A stretch of DNA of 64,000 nucleotides from Candidatus Altiarchaeales archaeon ex4484_2 (GTDB taxonomy: Archaea; Altiarchaeota; Altiarchaeia; IMC4; QMZM01), in NCBI GenBank assembly GCA_002254565.1, contig NJEG01000015.1, positions 4,726-68,725 of the forward strand, written 5' to 3'. The notes beneath the pieces were generated by a model that searched no databases, had not been told where the DNA came from, and worked only from the letters and a program-made list of their open reading frames with translations. The position numbers and the translations under genes are program-made. Below, piece by piece: positions 60,404 to 64,000 of the stretch. Positions within the stretch are counted from its first letter, which is position 1; every line of letters starts with the position of its first letter.

Positions 60404-62047
60404 AACCTTACCCATGTAAACACCTTCCCTTCTGTAACCAAATTTCCTGTAGTAGTTTCTCGCACCAATACCGCTTGTCACAAGAACCTGCTTCATGTCG
60501 AACTCCTCCCTGCTAATCCTCTCCGCTTCAGATAAAAGCTCTCTACCGTAGCCCCTGTGCTGCCACTCGGACAACGGCTTCTCCCCCACCTCAACCATCG
60601 GTCCATAAACGTGTAGCTCCCTTACCAGGGCAGTGTGTTCATCGATCTCAGGCCTGAAGGGTTTGGATGGAATCCGCAGCCTCAGGAAACCGATGAGAAT
60701 ATCCTTTCTCCGGTCCTCGAAGGATAGAAAGATTTCCCTGCCCCCGCTGGCAGTATACTCTATTCTGCTGAGTTCTATGTCATCAATTCCTGGCTCAACC
60801 CCCCTGGAAAGGAATCTACCAACCTCCCTGCACCGTATACACCTGCATTTCACGCCAAGCTCACTCATCCTACGGTAGAGTAATTCCCCCAGATTGCTGG
60901 CCTTAATACCAGCCTCTACCAGATTAGATGGTATGTCTCTCATAATCCTCATAGTCCTAATCCATGGAGGCATTACCTTCTTGACCTTAACCAGCAAATC
61001 CACCGCATCATCTGTCTCAAGCGGATGGAATAAACCTCCCCTCCACATTTTGTAGTACTCAGTGCCCTTGATTACCAGACAGGGATATATTTTAAGCATA
61101 TCCGGCTTGAATCTCTCCTCATTAAACACCATCTCGAAGCCCCTCAAGTCCAGTTCAGGTCTGTTGCCCAGAAGACCTGGCATCATGTGATAAGAGACCT
61201 TCAAACCCGAATCCTTCATCTCTCTGGTGGATTCAACAACATCATCCACCCTATGACCCCGGTTCACCCTGTGGTATATGAAATCAAAGGGATTCTGAAC
61301 TCCAGTCTCCACCCGGGTGACCCCGAAAGAAAGCATCCAGTTAATCTGTTCTCTCCTAGCCCAGTCAGGTCTCGGCTCGAAGGTTAAGCCAACACACCGG
61401 ACCATTGAGCTCTCATTTTCTCGCTGAATATCCTCCCTGTATCTGAATCTTTTTTCTCCGGAATTGAATCCCTTAACGAAAACATCCTCCCCATTTCGTT
61501 TTATGCTTTCATGGTTTGATTCGAAGTCGTTCATCGCCCTAAGGCATTCCTTCACAAACCAGTCCTGATAGTCTATGCATTGAGAAGTCAGGGTTCCCCC
61601 CATCACAATCAACTCCACCTTGTCCACCGAATGCCCTATGCTCTTGAGCTGATGAAGGCGGAACGTGGTCTGCAGATAGGGATGGAAGGAGTACTGGATT
61701 GCTCTCCTGGCAGCAGGTTCCTTGCCAGTGTAACTTTGGGGGGTGTTTATTTCAGGGCCACCTGGACAGTAACCGCATCTACCGTGAGGGCATCTATGCG
61801 GCCTTGTCATCACAGCAACAACAGCCACACCAGAGAGTGTTCTAGAGGGTTTCTTCCTCAGAAGCTCAAGGAATCTCTTCCTTCCACTAGGACCCAAGCG
61901 GTCAAGTATCTCGGAATCCCGGGGTATGCTCTCAAGACTGTAACTGCATGAGACCTTGATTTTAACCCTGTTTAGATCATCCTTGGAGGATATCCCACCT
62001 TTTTTGAGAAGAGAGATTATCTCTGAGAGAGCTTTATCTGATTCCAT
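60389..62047 (-). CDS. elp3: Elp3-family radical SAM/GNAT tRNA U34 modification enzyme
   Basis: Radical-SAM cluster CPHGRCGYCPGG and a C-terminal GNAT domain (WQHRGYGRELL). Confidence 0.9.
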   Translation of the reverse strand: MESDKALSEIISLLKKGGISSKDDLNRVKIKVSCSYSLESIPRDSEILDRLGPSGRKRFLELLRKKPSRTLSGVAVVAVMTRPHRCPHGRCGYCPGGPEINTPQSYTGKEPAARRAIQYSFHPYLQTTFRLHQLKSIGHSVDKVELIVMGGTLTSQCIDYQDWFVKECLRAMNDFESNHESIKRNGEDVFVKGFNSGEKRFRYREDIQRENESSMVRCVGLTFEPRPDWARREQINWMLSFGVTRVETGVQNPFDFIYHRVNRGHRVDDVVESTREMKDSGLKVSYHMMPGLLGNRPELDLRGFEMVFNEERFKPDMLKIYPCLVIKGTEYYKMWRGGLFHPLETDDAVDLLVKVKKVMPPWIRTMRIMRDIPSNLVEAGIKASNLGELLYRRMSELGVKCRCIRCREVGRFLSRGVEPGIDDIELSRIEYTASGGREIFLSFEDRRKDILIGFLRLRIPSKPFRPEIDEHTALVRELHVYGPMVEVGEKPLSEWQHRGYGRELLSEAERISREEFDMKQVLVTSGIGARNYYRKFGYRREGVYMGKVLDFA

Positions 62048-62073
62048 AGTTAAAGAATCTGATAGGATGAAGA

Positions 62074-62274
62074 CTACAGGACCTTTGTTTCCTTCTGCCT
62101 CATTGAACGGCTTATTTGTCCAGCAATCTTGTTCCTCATAGACTTGCTCTGTATATCACTGTATTCCTGCACCTTCACTTTGTTGTTGTCGAATTCTATA
62201 TTGAATTCATCAGGATACTCGTCCACTAAGCCCTCTGCAATCCTCTTCAGGAAATTTTGTTTTATTCGACCCAT
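62074..62274 (-). CDS. rps17e: ribosomal protein eS17
   Basis: MGRIKQNFLKRIAEGL...RNKIAG. Confidence 0.85.
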   Translation of the reverse strand: MGRIKQNFLKRIAEGLVDEYPDEFNIEFDNNKVKVQEYSDIQSKSMRNKIAGQISRSMRQKETKVL

Positions 62275-62284
62275 TTTTTTGTGT

Positions 62285-63172
62285 TCAGAGGTTTTGATAG
62301 ATATCTAATATGGAACCGAAGTTAAAAATATCGAACAGTGTTCTCTGCCTTTCCACCACCCTAACTATATCGGGCTCACCCCATATCTCTCCAAGCTCTT
62401 TCGCTTTATCAACCGCATCGTCCATGTTCCCCAGCTGATCAATCAGTCCGTAGTCTCTTGCATCGCTCCCCAGATAGATTGAGCCATCCGAGAGATTTCT
62501 TGTGTAAGAGTAGGAGAGGTTTCTGTTGGCTGCCACATCAGAGATGAAATTATGGTATATTTTATCCACCATGTGCTTTAGTTCCTCTTTTTCTCCCTCC
62601 TCCATAGGCCGGTAGGGGCTGCCTATATCTTTACTATCCCCTGATTTAATCACGGTTACATTAATCCCAAGTTTATCATATAATCCATAGTAGTGCTGTA
62701 GGCTCATTATAACACCTATGCTACCTGTCATGGAGTCCTGGTATGCTATAATCCAGTCTGCTGCTGAGGCAGCATAGTATGCTCCGGAGGCACCTACCTC
62801 ACCTATCCTTGCAACAACAGGTTTCCTGGTTTCCCTGACAGCCTCCATGAGTTCCCGGCTGGCTGAAACACCACCCCCGCCGGAGTTTATGTCCAGTATC
62901 ACTGCCTTGATTTCGTTGCTGGAGTCAGCGTACTCCAGTTTTCTCTTGATGTCGTCTACCTTGGCGCATGCTGGCACACCGGTCAGGAAGCTTCCGCTGC
63001 ATCCCTCCATCGTTATCTGGCCCTTCACGGGAATAACCAGGATTTTCTGACCTACCAGGGGCAACTGGTTCAGGTCCATCAACTCATCTACCATGAAATA
63101 CACCCCAACAGCTCCCAGAATAAGGAAACAAAGCATACCAGCAGCCAATAAAATCTTCCACCTGCGTTCCAT
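62285..63172 (-). CDS. sppA: signal peptide peptidase SppA (S49 family, 36K type)
   Basis: An N-terminal TM helix and S49 motifs (INSGGGGVSAS, GASGAYY, GSIGV). Confidence 0.85.
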   Translation of the reverse strand: MERRWKILLAAGMLCFLILGAVGVYFMVDELMDLNQLPLVGQKILVIPVKGQITMEGCSGSFLTGVPACAKVDDIKRKLEYADSSNEIKAVILDINSGGGGVSASRELMEAVRETRKPVVARIGEVGASGAYYAASAADWIIAYQDSMTGSIGVIMSLQHYYGLYDKLGINVTVIKSGDSKDIGSPYRPMEEGEKEELKHMVDKIYHNFISDVAANRNLSYSYTRNLSDGSIYLGSDARDYGLIDQLGNMDDAVDKAKELGEIWGEPDIVRVVERQRTLFDIFNFGSILDIYQNL

Positions 63173-63198
63173 TTTTTTTTATTTGAAGTCTTGGTTTT

Positions 63199-63312
63199 AT
63201 GCGGCTGTCGGGATTTGAACATAAGGGCGCCTTCCCCGCCCTCGCTCATCCCCCAGGGGGGATGGCGCGCAGAGAGCTTTGCTCTCTCGCGTATCAACCC
63301 ATCCGAGCCTTT
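63199..63312 (-). other. structured tRNA-linked module B. It ends in a perfect 22-nt second copy of the tRNA-Gly 3' end.
   Basis: On the minus strand it starts AAGGCTCGGATGGGTTG. It contains GC-rich hairpins, including GAGGGCG-GGGAAGG-CGCCCTT. It ends CCCTTATGTTCAAATCCCGACAGCCGCAT, and 63199-63220 equals 63333-63354. Confidence 0.6.
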
Positions 63313-63333
63313 CTCTCTCAAGAGATAGTTCGA

Positions 63334-63407
63334 TGCGGCTGTCGGGATTTGAACCCGAGTCGCTGGCTTGGCAAGCCAGAGTGATAACCAGACTACACTA
63401 CAGCCGC
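63334..63407 (-). tRNA. tRNA-Gly (GCC)
   Basis: The reverse complement GCGGCTGTAGTGTAGTCTGGTTATCACTCTGGCTTGCCAAGCCAGCGACTCGGGTTCAAATCCCGACAGCCGCA folds as a cloverleaf with anticodon loop TTGCCAA. Confidence 0.9.
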
Positions 63408-63642
63408 TTATCCGAGGATGATATTATCGTTCCTCCTCTGCATTATGTCTAAATTAATTGGTTTCAGGAAATAAATAGCCGTAAACATGACTGCTAAGAG
63501 TCTCAGAGACTATTGTTTCTGTCTAAAAAATACGGGGTGATAAGATATGTATTTTTTGCGTTCTGTTGGAGGGTAGAAAACAGGTATGTATTTTTACGTG
63601 GAAGTTAAAAGATATTATTTAAAGCTTAGTGGGTGATGGATA

Positions 63643-64000
63643 ATGGTTGAGAGAGTTAAAACGGGTGTTGATGGTTTAGATGGTTTGGTTGATGGTGGGT
63701 TCCCGGAAGGTTCTTGTGTCTTGGTTTCTGGTTCCCCGGGTACTGGGAAAACTATTTTTGGGTTGCAGTTTCTTGTGGAGGGTGCGTTGAATGATGAGCC
63801 TGGAATCTATGTTACGTTTGAGGAGTCTAGGGAAGCAGTCATTAGCCAATGTCAGGGATTTGGGTGGGATCTAGAAAAATTTGAGGGAGAGAATAAGATA
63901 AGGATTAATTCTGTTGACCCTATGACTCTCAAACAAACCCTTGAGAAGGTAGAGAAAGAGAAGGAGGAGATTAATGCTAGGAGGTTGGTGCTTGATTCCC
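63643..64000 (+). CDS. KaiC/RadA-like RecA-superfamily ATPase, N-terminal part (runs off the window end)
   Basis: Not in the ORF track. ATG at 63643 gives MVERVKTGVDGLDGLVDGGFPEGSCVLVSGSPGTGKTIFGLQFL..., with a Walker A motif and ...RRLVLDS at the window edge. Confidence 0.7.
   Translation, partial: MVERVKTGVDGLDGLVDGGFPEGSCVLVSGSPGTGKTIFGLQFLVEGALNDEPGIYVTFEESREAVISQCQGFGWDLEKFEGENKIRINSVDPMTLKQTLEKVEKEKEEINARRLVLDS

Overview
This window is a piece of archaeal chromosome, probably a draft or metagenome-derived assembly, and is almost entirely housekeeping or core-accessory sequence. The archaeal assignment rests on several markers:
- an unsplit rpoB in the canonical rpoH-rpoB-rpoA'-rpoA''-L30e-nusA-S12 cluster
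- the archaeal ribosomal proteins L30e, L32e, L19e and S17e
- purP, mfnB, endA, a class I CCA enzyme and archaeal dnaG
- a Methanococcales/Thermococcales-type S-layer protein

Main blocks:
1. 1-6.9 kb: a frameshifted glycogen debranching enzyme, tRNA-His, galT, an FG-GAP surface protein, and larB with a larC C-domain.
2. 6.9-16.9 kb: a chemotaxis island (minD-like, cheC, cheB, cheW, a soluble MCP, a small 4-Cys protein, parA-like, cheY, cheA, DUF192), followed by nucS.
3. 17-22.6 kb: srp54 and a glycosyltransferase/dolichol kinase-like cluster.
4. 22.6-27 kb: tRNA-Arg, two purP paralogs and dnaG.
5. 27.1-41.1 kb: the RNA polymerase cluster fused directly to S8-L6-L32e-L19e-L18-S5-L30-L15-secY.
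6. 41-48 kb: cca, endA, kae1, lonB, radA and dph5.
7. 48-64 kb: S-layer gene, a membrane-anchored wHTH protein, mfnB, a ttuA-like gene, hel308, intron-containing tRNA-Trp, mbf1, an M50 protease, elp3, S17e, sppA, tRNA-Gly and a KaiC-like ATPase.

I found no rRNA, CRISPR array, transposase or integrase.

The observations most worth a second look:
- tRNA-Arg and tRNA-Gly are each followed by a homologous, strongly structured ~90-115 nt module. Each module ends in a second copy of that tRNA's own 3' end.
- The chemotaxis island looks built for a cytoplasmic array: an MCP without a TM segment, two ParA/MinD ATPases, and CheW and MCP with DNA-binding-like basic tails.
- A ~45-aa module is shared at ~87% nucleotide identity between the RpoA'' C-terminus and the L32e N-terminus.
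- Conserved and partly essential genes (rpoB, rpoA', kae1, MCP, GT2) carry holes and frame jumps, and there is an exact 77-bp tandem duplication. I read this pattern as assembly or scaffolding damage rather than biology.
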